Shown: in pieces, positions 50,771-62,390 of the stretch
Position numbering within the stretch: position 1 is the first letter of the stretch
How the letters are laid out: each line of letters begins with the position of its first letter
Position numbers and translations under genes: made by a program
The notes under the pieces: generated by a model
What the model was told of the DNA's origin: nothing
Seen by the model: only the letters and a program-made list of their open reading frames with translations
Databases searched by the model: none
DNA from: Lophium mytilinum
Lineage: Eukaryota
Direction: 5' to 3'
Length of the DNA: 64,000 bases
Assembly (NCBI GenBank): GCA_010093605.1
Contig: MU004197.1
Coordinates: 1,116,001-1,180,000, forward strand

Positions 50771-52123
50771 AGTGCCGATTGCTGAAAGCCTGTTTCTACT
50801 AGATAAAGCAAGCGATAGCAGTCCCGCTGGGTCCAGCCAGATACAGTATCAATATCGAAAAGCGAGGCTCAGGATGAAGATATCTCGGAGATCATTCAAG
50901 GATATCACAGAATAGATAAAACGAGACACAAAACAGTACGAGGGGTGTTTGTGATACGGAATTGAAAGATTCCTAAATGTGGGCATGTACCTCTTTATCT
51001 ACTAAGAAGCCCGCCCCAGCGCAAGCCTGCATCCTGTTTGGTGGAACCCTGAAAATTTTCGGCGGATACTTTCCACGACGGCGTGTGCATATCACCGCCG
51101 TGTTGGTGTCGCAGGAGTGCAAGCTGAACAGACAACGTCATCGCTGGACGGGAATATACCACGGACCACGGGGTACTCTCCACAAGGAGGGGCGCGTGTG
51201 GGACTCTAGTCGTCTAGCAGAGGAGGCTGGCGTGAGGAGGGCATGGCACTGGGAGATCGGCAGAGCTAGACGGCAAGACATTCACCAAAGAGGACCTTGC
51301 CGAAGAAGGTGTGCCCGGACTGCCCGACTCGGCCTCGCATCGTGCACCAACGGCTTACACTGGTGTGGAGGGAGGGGAGGCTCCCATGGGGCTGCAATGT
51401 GACGTTTTTTACGCTTGCTTCCGAGGCCTGACCGAACCGGTCTTGGTGTATCCTTGCACACACATATTAACGACTCGCTACAAATGCTTGATCAAACAAC
51501 GCAGATTGCAAGTACAGCCTCTTCGCCACAACCACTAGCGAGCTCAACGTTACAGGCCTGGTCGATGAGAATGTGGGGGATGCCCTCTGTGCTCTCAACC
51601 CCGAAAATCCTGGAGATAGCGGGATGAAGTTGGACTGTTGGCTCAAAAGACTGGGGAACCATGGTGATATAAGCAAAGGATCGGCTAGCTTGCTGATTCC
51701 TGCGATGCAACGCCGAGGTTCAACCTGCATACATAGTTCGGTGTTTCGCGATTCGTGGAGAGCGATTTGTGTGGTCCTCCAGGATGATGCATACATCATT
51801 AGATTGGAGGCGGACGAAGGGTGCCGTCGGCTGATTTGGTTGGCTCACGACCAGTTCGTAGAAGTGGATACAGAAGTTGCTGGACCCTGACGAGGTGGTA
51901 TGGGACGGATGGAAGTTGTGGGTCGAGAAACACAAATGCTTATTTCACATGCTTGCAGACGGAATATCTAATTTTCCGCTAGCGTGTTTAGCGTGTTTTA
52001 TCGCGACTTCGGGTTCGGATGATTTAGGAGCGGATAACGCGACTTCACCAAAATCGAACGAGGAGGCCCTACTCCACATATCCTGCCACGACTGCCCACC
52101 ACTACCCGCCGTCAGCTGTATCC

Positions 52124-53878
52124 ATGAAGCGTAAAAGCACCGGGGTTGCTCCAGGGACACCGACGCCAAAGAAGAACCGGACATATACCCGACGAAATGG
52201 AGAGCTCGACAATGACACTGCAGTGAAGAGCCCGGAAGTGGAGACACCATCTAAGAGAAGGCGAGGGGAGCAGGATTTGATGAAGGAATTGCACCAGGCA
52301 AAAGCCAATGGACCTAATACTGGCGAAATCAATGGAAGCAACGCCCTAGGGACGCCTCGGTCGCAGCGCAAAGTGCTCTTCACAACTCCTACCAAGGCAC
52401 GGCATGAAGATACCCCGAATGGCACGCCTACTATCGTCAAGAATGCAGACCGATCTGCTCGTCGGAAGAGCACCCGACGCCTGATTGAGCGGACCATAAA
52501 TGGAGATGAAAGCGACAATGAAGCCCTGGATGAAGAGGACACCCTGGCCCAGGAGATACTGGGGGAGGATGGGGACGAGGAGGAGCAAGATGAAGTAAAT
52601 GGTGGGGCGTCTCCCATACCCGAGACCCCGTCCAAACGAGGAAGAGGACGGCCTCGAGGACGGCCACGGAAAGAGCGCTCTCCAACGCCGCCCCGAAATC
52701 TTCCACCACACGAGGAGTTCTTTTGGCAAAATCGGCCTGGCGGGACGAAGACCTCCAACAACACCCTTCCATCCAGCGTGCTCTTGAATCATGACGAGTA
52801 CTTTGCGGCTATGCAATCCTATGAGGATCCACATGATCCAGAACGGAACTTCTTGCTAGAACTCCACAGCCGGTCTTTCGACCAATGGATATTTGAGCTG
52901 GAGCAAGGCTTCAACATATGCCTTTACGGCTACGGGTCGAAACGCTTACTGACTGACGAATTCGCCTCTCACATATACGATTATCTCCTAGCCAGAAATT
53001 CTAAAGTTCCCGATAGACAGGTGCCGAGGATTCTCGTCGTCAATGGTTACACGCCCAGCATAACGATCAGAGACATCATCTCTAGTCTGGCTTCAGCTGT
53101 TTTCGCATCTACTTTCAAACTCCCTACGCAACCTGGTCCGCTCCTATCTCACGTACTCTCTCATCTCTCCTCACATCCTCCGAGTCAACCAATCCAAATT
53201 CTGCTCAACTCAATTGACTCTTTACCTTTACGGCGCGGCCCAGCAGTATCCCTTCTTGCCCAAATAGCTGCACATCCAAGCATCCACTTGCTTTGCACCG
53301 CCGATACGCCTAATTTCCCCCTTCTGTGGGATTTGGGTCAGAAAGCACAGTTCCGATTCATTTTCCATGACACAACTACGTTTGCGCCCTATGACGCCGA
53401 GATAGACGTTGTTGAGAGCGTCAATGAGCTTCTCGGTCGTAGCGGTAGAAGAGTTGGCGGCCGAGACGGTGTAGGCTTTGTACTGCGAAGTCTGCCGGAA
53501 AATGCGCGATCTTTGTTCCGAATCCTGATCAACGAACAGCTTGATCTTCTATCAGCCGACACTAATGACAACGATGCCGACGGCTTAGGGGAGCAGCCCG
53601 CATCTATGCAGACACCACGGCAAAAATTGCAGCTAGCAACTCGGAAACATGAAACCGAGTCTGGCATGGGTATAGAGTATCGTATGTTATATCACAAAGC
53701 CGTAGGAGAATTTGTTTGTTCAAACGAAGTGGGCTTCAGGACCCTTTTGAAGGAGTTCCACGATCATCAAATGGTCGAAAGCCGCAAGGATGGTATGGGA
53801 ACCGAGAGATTATGGGTCCCATTTAGACAGGAGGAGTTGGAGGGACTGAAAGAGGAGTTAGAAGTCGAAGGACTCTAA
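52124..53878 (+). CDS. ORC2: Origin recognition complex subunit 2
   Basis: NADRSARRKS, AT-hook RGRPRGRP, KTSNNTL, FDQWIFELEQGFNICLYGYGSKR, FHDTTTFAPY, VLRSLPENARSLF, LLKEFHDHQM; intronless. Confidence 0.96.
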   Translation: MKRKSTGVAPGTPTPKKNRTYTRRNGELDNDTAVKSPEVETPSKRRRGEQDLMKELHQAKANGPNTGEINGSNALGTPRSQRKVLFTTPTKARHEDTPNGTPTIVKNADRSARRKSTRRLIERTINGDESDNEALDEEDTLAQEILGEDGDEEEQDEVNGGASPIPETPSKRGRGRPRGRPRKERSPTPPRNLPPHEEFFWQNRPGGTKTSNNTLPSSVLLNHDEYFAAMQSYEDPHDPERNFLLELHSRSFDQWIFELEQGFNICLYGYGSKRLLTDEFASHIYDYLLARNSKVPDRQVPRILVVNGYTPSITIRDIISSLASAVFASTFKLPTQPGPLLSHVLSHLSSHPPSQPIQILLNSIDSLPLRRGPAVSLLAQIAAHPSIHLLCTADTPNFPLLWDLGQKAQFRFIFHDTTTFAPYDAEIDVVESVNELLGRSGRRVGGRDGVGFVLRSLPENARSLFRILINEQLDLLSADTNDNDADGLGEQPASMQTPRQKLQLATRKHETESGMGIEYRMLYHKAVGEFVCSNEVGFRTLLKEFHDHQMVESRKDGMGTERLWVPFRQEELEGLKEELEVEGL

Positions 53879-54276
53879 ATCCCTTACATAGTCAGAAGTC
53901 TATAGAAGCTTTTTGACAATACATATATAGGACATGAATACCTGTACATACACCTCGTTTTCGGTGTTTGTAAACCCCCTTTTGTCTGATCTTCTGAATG
54001 GCCAGAACGGCTAGGAGCTTCGTCCGGTGCGCTGTTCTTAAATGGATCTGCGTTGTATGTAAGGCTATAACTTTACAGCCTCTCTATTCTAATATGCAGT
54101 CCTTCCAATGCCTTCAGCCGTATAAAAGGACTTTAAAGTATGTTTAAACTGTTAAACCTTGCTTTATAAGGGCTCCTTTACAAGTAAGTCTTCTAATTAG
54201 ATACCCTCCCACGTCTTTAATATACACTACAGGCTAATAATAAAGCTCTTTATAACTAACCCTTCTATCTAGAGAG

Positions 54277-54532
54277 TATTAAAGGTATAAGTTAGTATAA
54301 AAATAGATAGATAGATAGATAGAAAGTATATTACTTTAGTTCTATACTATATAGATAGTAACGGAGATATATATATATATAGTTTAATAGATTATAAAAT
54401 ACTTCTCTAATACTCTTCTAATATTTAATAATTCTTATATTACCTTTAAATACTTATAGCTTTATTCTATTTTATAGCTTATAAGCCTATTATAGATAAG
54501 AATATAATACTTATACTATTATAAAACTTATA
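54277..54532 (-). mobile_element. Solo LTR, heavily RIP-mutated
   Basis: TATTAAAGG..AAACTTATA is the RIP form of TGTCAAAGG..TTACA; exact TSD GAGAG (54272-76 / 54533-37). Confidence 0.85.
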
Positions 54533-54849
54533 GAGAGAAGATAAAAATTAAGTACTATTCTACTATTATACTACTTTATTCTATAGTACCTTATTCTATT
54601 ATATTTTATTCTATAGTGCCTTATTATTTAAGCTAGGCAGCTAACTATACTTTATATAAGTAGGTTTAAAGTTAGGTATAAGTATAGAGTTATATTAATA
54701 GTTACTAGAAGGCTATATTAAAAGATAGATAGGGTATATTATAAAGGTAAAGAATAAAAATATATTTACTTATATTTAGTAGTATATTTAGAGAAAGTAT
54801 TTAGAATTATTAAAAATAGTAAGTAAGTAAATTAAGTAGATTAAAGTTA

Positions 54850-56930
54850 GGGGAGGCATTCTAATAGACTCCCTTTTAGCTTGTAATATACCCTTTATAT
54901 AAACTAAGTACACCCCTTATATCTAATCTTCTAATTAGCCTAAAAGACTTAGATTACTACTCTAGCGCTTAAATTCTATATATATCTACTTTCTATTTCC
55001 TATATATATAGGCTATTAAAAGAAATACTAAAATTATAATTTAACCTATATTATTATATAGGCGTTTCTTTCTATCTTATTTAAACTATAAGGCTTATAT
55101 AAGAGTAAGAATTATATTTATTACTAGTATAGTAATATTATATTATAGCTAGAGGTTATCTTTAAAGATATTATTCTTAACGCTGCTAAAATAGTAGAGT
55201 TTTTACAAGTCTTAGTACTTAATAATAATAATAATAAATAGAGAAATAGAGTAAAAACTATCTAATATCTATATACCTAGGTAGGCTATTCCGCCCTAGG
55301 GCTATGCTAGCGCCTATACTTACTAGTAGAAGTAATAGAACTAATCTATTTAAATAATAGAATACCTCTATACCTAGCTATAGCGGAGGCCCTTACACTT
55401 ATATCTCCCTTAGATAAAATAACCCTAGATAGAGCTATAAGGCGTAAAAGTAAGAACTATAGTAGGTTTAGTTAGTAGATAATAAGAAGTAGTAGCTATA
55501 TAGTATTAGGTTACTATAATAACCTTCTATCTATAAAATATAGTTAGCCTATTATTATAAGAGCGTTATAGGTAATATAAAGGGGCCTCTTCTAGGCTAT
55601 AAGGCGTAGTATATAATAGTAGTAATAGCTAGCTCTAGGTCTCTTTAAACGCCTAGTAGACTTATAGTAGATAATAGCTAGCTACTTAGTTTATAGTAAG
55701 TATATAGAAGTAAATATATATACTTTCTATTTAGCTACTTATATATAGCTAAATAAGCTATAGCTTATATAGTACCTCTATATACTAAAACTAATAGTAA
55801 GTATATAGTAGCCTTTCTATCTATATATATAGCTAAATAGGCTCTACCTAGATAGTACCTCTATACTATAGATAGTAAGTATATAGCGTAGCCTTCTATA
55901 GCCTTACTATTAGCTAGCTAGCTAGCTAATATCTACTATATAGAAAGAAGAATTAATACCTTACTAATAATACTATCTATATAGCCTAAATAGATAGATA
56001 CGCGTATTAGTCTATTATACTAGAGGAAATATATAGTAACTTATAGTAATAGGCTTAAGAAGTAAATAGGTAGAAATAGGCGTATTATTACCTAGTAATA
56101 GAGGCTTAGGTAGGTAAGCTAAACTAAAGGTATCTATCTCTATATATATTATAATATATATATTTTTACCTATAAACCCGCCTTTAACGTAGAATACGCG
56201 TGCACCTATACTACGCGCGTGCCCTTACGCTAATTCTATACTAGTAAACCGCCCCGGATTCTAATTAATCTAACCTAAACCTAGAAGGATAACTATAACC
56301 TAATCTAGATTAATCTAGAAAGACGCATTATAATAGCTTATTCTATGGCAGGCCTAATAGACCTACTACGCGTCCCTAATAGCTAAATAATACTATAAAA
56401 GAGGGCGCTTAGCTTAATATACTATAGAAGATAAGGTTTTTATCTAATAGCTACTTAGTAGTAAACGGTTTTCTTCTTATAACTAGCCTAGATAGAACAG
56501 CTATATAGACCCTAATAGAAGCTATACTAGCTTAATAGAATTTAATAATAATAATATAGGCTATTATATTGCTATATATATATATATATATATATACCTA
56601 GAAGTATGCTAAAATAGTTTAAATCTTACCTTAGTACGGCCCCTCTATATTAAACCTAGCCCCCCTATATTGCCGCCGCCCCCATTGCCGCTTAATCTAG
56701 GATGAGCGCTAGTCTGACGCTATATCGCCTTCTTCTGTGGTGTAAAGGAAGTTGTAGGCCCGTAGCGGCTAGAGGTCTATAGTAAGTGTATTCTAGAGAG
56801 AGCATTTCTAATTTATAAGCAACTTAAGCAAGTAAATTAGAGGCCTAGGAGCGACCCTCCGGACTAATTAGATAATTAGACGTAAAGGTGGTGTGCATAG
56901 AGTAAAAAGGGGGTGTTAGAACCCCTCCCC
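54850..56930. mobile_element. Putative TIR-bounded DNA element, RIP-mutated, unclassified
   Basis: GGGGAGG..TTCTAA at left and TTAGAA..CCTCCCC at right, with further subterminal inverted similarity. Flanks are TAAAGTTA / TAAATTTA. The interior is repeated at 57820-60110 (inverted) and 60345-60860 (direct). Confidence 0.5.
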
Positions 56931-57442
56931 TAAATTTATGCTTTAAAATAACTATAAAGACTAGATAAAAAAGGTAAGATGAGAGTAAGTAAGTATACAG
57001 CTACTAAGAAGAGGTAGAAAAAGGAAAGGTATTTTAGTACTATAAAAGGAGCATATAGGTACTTATATCTTCTATATTATAAAGTAAAAGAACTCTAGTC
57101 TTTTAAGTAAAGACTTCTTTATATAATCTATAAGCTTAGGCTAAACTTTATTTTAGTAAGTAGGCTACTAACTATAGTAAATACTTATGCTGCTAATATA
57201 GAGCTAATTAAAATAGTATAATAGTATCTTATATATCTACTAAAAGTAGACTACTATTTCCACTTTAAAAGCTAGTAGATTTTAGATAAAAGGGTGTAGT
57301 TTAGTAAAGAGTCTAATTGAGTAAAATCTATTTAGTTATCTAGAATTAGTCCTAGAGTTTATTATAAACTATACTACTTGATAAGCTATATCTATGTTAA
57401 TAAGTAGAAGCTCTATAGATACTCTACGCTATAATATAGGTT

Positions 57443-57580
57443 ATAGATAGATAGATAGAAAGTATATTAAGATAAAAGAGATATAAATACAGGAAAATAG
57501 ATAGGTAGATAGATAGATAGGTAGATAGATAGATAGGTAGGTATATAGATAGATAGATAGGTAGGTAGATATATAGATAT

Positions 57581-57669
<89 letters not shown>
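57443..57669. repeat. (GATA)n microsatellite, interrupted
   Basis: Directly visible. Confidence 0.95.
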
Positions 57670-57819
57670 AGAAAAGTATTTTATATAGTATACTCTATAC
57701 TCTAAGTAAAGGGACTTAGTATATACTAAGAAAATCCCCCTCTAAGATTAGCTAGGGTAACTAGTTTACTTTTAGGTACTATAGTAAAGTGGATTAATGT
57801 AAGTATATAAATATTATAT

Positions 57820-60110
57820 TATTATTATTAAATTCTATTACGCTAGTGTAGCTCCCGTTAGGGTCTATATAGCTGTTCTATCTAGGCTAATTTATAAGGG
57901 GAAACTATTTACTACTAGGTAGCGTTTAGGTAAAAACCTTATCCTCTATTATATCTAGTATTAGGCGCCCTTCTTCTTTATTTTTACTATAGGGAATATA
58001 TAGTAGGTCTATAAAAACTACTATAGAATAAGCTTTTAAGATATATCTTTCTATATCTATCTAGAAAGGTTTATTATTATTCTTCTAGATACAGGCTAAG
58101 TAGAATCTAGATAGGAGGCTAGTATAGAGTTAGTATAAGGGCCCGCGTATAAGTAGTATATATATAGGGCCTTTATCTAAGGTAATAATAGTAAAGTAAA
58201 TAGTAGCTATATAGGCTATTAGAATAGAAAAGCTATATAGTATATAGATAGTATATAGTAAAGGTATATAGTAAGTATATAGTTTATAGATAGTCTATTA
58301 TTTTATAAGTAGGCTATAAGAGTAGAAGGGCTATAAGTAGCTATAGGGTTTATAGCTATAGTAGTAAGTATAAGCCCCTATAGTATAGCTAATAGCTATA
58401 AAAGGGCTAAGAGTATAGAGTATATAGTTTATAGTCTATAAGTAGAAAGTATATAGCTACTTATAGTAAGTATAAGCCTTTATAGTATAACTAACTAATA
58501 GTAGAAAGAAGCCGCGTATATATACTATTATAAAGTAGATAGGCTATTTAGAAATAGAAGAGCTATAGAGAATAGAAAGTATATACTATAGAGTATATAG
58601 TAGAGACCTAAAGCTAACTATCTATTAGTTCTAGTATACTATAGAGAGTATATAGCTATATATAGTAAGTATAAGCCTCTATAGTATAGCTAAGGGCTAT
58701 AGCTTAGCTAAGGGCTATACTGCGGCTATAGTTAGTAATAGCAGGGTTGTTAGTAATAGTAGGGTTATTAGTAATAGTAAGGCTATTAGTAATAGTAAGG
58801 CTATTAGTAATAGTAAGGCTATTAGTTATAGCTAGGCTATATATAATAGCAGGGCTATAGTATTAAGCAGGAGGGTTAAATCTACTTCTTTTCTATCTCT
58901 CTTACTATTAAGAGGTAGGGTAGCAGGTCTATTTTCTATAGAAACTACCTAGCTACTACTTTAGGTCTCTTTTTACTTTTATATATTTTCTTATATATCT
59001 AAGCTAAAATATATTTATATTATAGAGCTATAAAAGTTATATATAAAGTAGAGTTAGGCGTAGCCCTTCTACTAGAACTTTCTACTATAGATATAGCTTA
59101 TTAAATATATACCTCTATTCTATATATATTTAATTTACTTTATAAGCCTATCTTATAGCTAGCCTCTACCTTTTAATAGACTAATACGCGTATTTATTCT
59201 TTTAGGCTATATAGATAGTATTATTAGTAAGAGTTTAATTCTTTCTCTACTATAGGTCTACTAAGAGTTAAAGCCTAGTAAAGAGGTAAGGTTCTTAGAG
59301 CTATCTATTATTACTATTATATACTACGCCCTGCAGCTCTTTTAGTTCTAGTAGCTATTTTATATTACCTATATTATTCTTATAATAATAGGCTAACTAT
59401 ATCTTATAGATAGAGGTATTAGCCTAATAGTATACCTAGTAGCTAGCTATTATTCTAATAGTAACCTAATACTATACAGCTACTATACCTTCTATCTACT
59501 AACTAAACTTATTATTCTCTCTTAGCTACTACCTATATTTTTATCTATTCCAGTACTATGTTAATATATTCTCCCCCTACTTTTAAGTCTATTTCTAGCT
59601 CTTTAAGTTCTGGATTAATATTACTGCGGCTAATTTAATATTAATGTAATAAGAATTAACGTTGTCTAATATAGTTAATAGTACTAGAATTCTCCCTATC
59701 CTTACTATAAGTATAATCTTAGAATAGAATAAGTATACCAGTATTCTATTCTATTACTAGGCCTTCTACTTCTACTAGTAAATATAGGCGCTAGCTTATA
59801 GTCTAGGATAGTAAGCTTCTAGATAGTAATAGGTTAGGTAGTTCTTAAGAAAGTTCTACTATTTAAATTTCTATCTATAGATGTTAAGTTTTAGTAGTAG
59901 TAGGCCGCTAAGACCTATAAAAACTCTACTATTCTAGCGGTATTAAGGATAACATCTTTAAAGACGACCTCTAGTAGTAACGCAACGCCGCTGCACTAGT
60001 AATAAATATAATTCTTACTCTTGTGTAAGCCTTGCAGTTTAAATAAGATAGAAAGGAACCCCTATATAATAATACGGGTCGAATTATAATTTTAATGTTC
60101 CTTCCCTTTA
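57820..60110. mobile_element. Longer, inverted, diverged copy of the element at 54850-56930
   Basis: 57820-58170 matches the reverse complement of 56195-56560; 59160-59250 that of 55950-56030; 59900-60095 that of 55030-55210. Confidence 0.7.
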
Positions 60111-60881
60111 ATTATTATATAGTAGTTATTATTGTTTTTTTAAATACCTAAAGTTCTATCCCTATTTAAAGGCTTTTAAAGCCTACTATATAAAAGAATA
60201 TATTACTTAGGATTTTATAAAATTTATATATATTATCCTTAATACTACTATAATAGTAGAGCTCTTATAAGAGCCTTTATAAAGCTTTATATAATTAATA
60301 ATAAAATAAAAAGGTAGATTTAAAACTATCTAGTTTTCTATTATATAATTAGGTAGGCTATTCCAACCTATAGCTTTACTAGTACCTTTACTTACTAGTA
60401 GAAGTAATAGAACTACTTTATTATAATAGTAGAACACCTTTTTACTAATTTAACTAATATAGCACCTCTAGGTAGGTAGATAAATAAACGCTACTATAAA
60501 TAAATAAGTATACAAGCTAGGACCTAGAAGCTAATAGGCGTAAGAGGAAGAAAGATAATAGTCTAGTTAGTAGGTATAAGGGATAATAGCTACGTAGTAT
60601 TAAGTTATTAGATATAATATACTCTTTCTTTAACTTATAATTGGCCTATTATTGCATAAGCGTTATATATAATATAAAGAGGCTCTACTTTATAGAAAGA
60701 GGTAATTACTATAGGGCGTTATATATTATAGTAGTAGTAGTAGTTATAGTAGTAGTAGTCAGCTCTAGGCTTCTATAGATAGCTAGTAGACTTATAGTAA
60801 GTAGTAGTTTCCTAGTAGTAATAGTAAGTTTATAAAGGTATATATAAATATACTTTCTATTCTATTCCTTTTATCTGCTTC

Positions 60882-60882
<1 letters not shown>

Positions 60883-60976
<94 letters not shown>

Positions 60977-60986
60977 NNNNNNNNNN

Positions 60987-61081
<95 letters not shown>
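60883..61081. repeat. (TATC)n microsatellite spanning an assembly gap
   Basis: Directly visible; 10 Ns inside. Confidence 0.95.
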
Positions 61082-61491
61082 ATACTTACCCTAATAATAA
61101 TATAGATAGGGGATATATAATATATATAGATAGATAGATATTACTTAGATATTATATTACTACTTCTCCCTTTAGATTCTAATATATATGCTAGAAGGTA
61201 TAGGCTTAAGCTAGCTTATAGTACTTAAACCTACTATATTATAAATTTAGGGGAGGTAGGGTATAATAATAAAGACTCTACATACTCTTAAAGCCCTTAA
61301 ATTAAGAATTATTATATTTTCTTTTAGTTTTTTTCTATATTAGAACTAAGACCTCTTATATTAGTATATTTATAAATAAGCCTAATCCAAAGGTAGTATA
61401 GCTAAGAGAGCGCCTTCTCTTTTTATACCCACTCTTATTACTCTAGATCTACATCTAGAGTAGATTAGTAAAAGCACTTAATCCTTATATT

Positions 61492-61756
61492 TATAAGGTT
61501 TACAATAGTATAAGCGTTATATCCTTACGCATAATAGGCTTAAAAGCCTTTAAACGGGACAAAACCGTAAGTGTTTAAACGTGATACAACGAATATTAGA
61601 TAATGTTATAAGAATATTAGGGGAACGTTTTATAATGCATTAAATGCTGTATATATACTCCGTTGCTGTTAATGTAGAATAGAACTTAAGCAATACAATT
61701 CCTATCTATCTATCTATCTATCTATCTATCCTTACATCGACTCTATACCTTTAAGA
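61492..61756 (+). mobile_element. Solo LTR
   Basis: TATAAGG..CTCTATACCTTTAAGA; exact TSD ATATT (61487-91 / 61757-61). Confidence 0.9.
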
Positions 61757-61984
61757 ATATTCTGCCTTAGGAGTTAGAGCTTAAAGAAATTATTTCTATA
61801 GCCAGATCTAGGCGGCGCTAAACTTAGAGTGTCCACCTTTTGCAAAACACCTGCTCCTATGCCTTGTTTGAGAATTAAGGGCGTAGGAAAGCGGACCCGG
61901 CAAGTTTGCAATAAGCGCTGATAATGGTACAGAGTGTACTGCAAAAGTGTTATTACCTACACTTGTTTATAACTCCCATAGTAC

Positions 61985-62303
61985 TCTCAAAGGTATAGAG
62001 TCGATGTGAGAATAGATGGATAGATAGATAGATAGGAATTGTATTACTTGAGTTCTATTCTACATTAACAGCAACGGAGTTGTATATATACAGCATTTAA
62101 TGCATTGTAAAACGTTTCTCTAACGTTCTTGTAACGTTATCCAGCGTTCGTTGTATCACGTTCAAACGCTCACGGTTTTGTCCCGTTTGAAGTCTTTTGA
62201 GCCTATTATGCGTAAGGATATAACGCTTATGCTATTATAATCTTTACACACTCCCTTAAGCGTTATATGCTTATTTTGTATATTCTTTTTTGAATAGATA
62301 GAG

Positions 62304-62390
<87 letters not shown>

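Noticed and set aside
50977..52134. Cluster of short ORFs between the sugar porter and ORC2
   Set aside because: Overlapping on both strands with no coherent spliced model; treated as a divergent promoter region.
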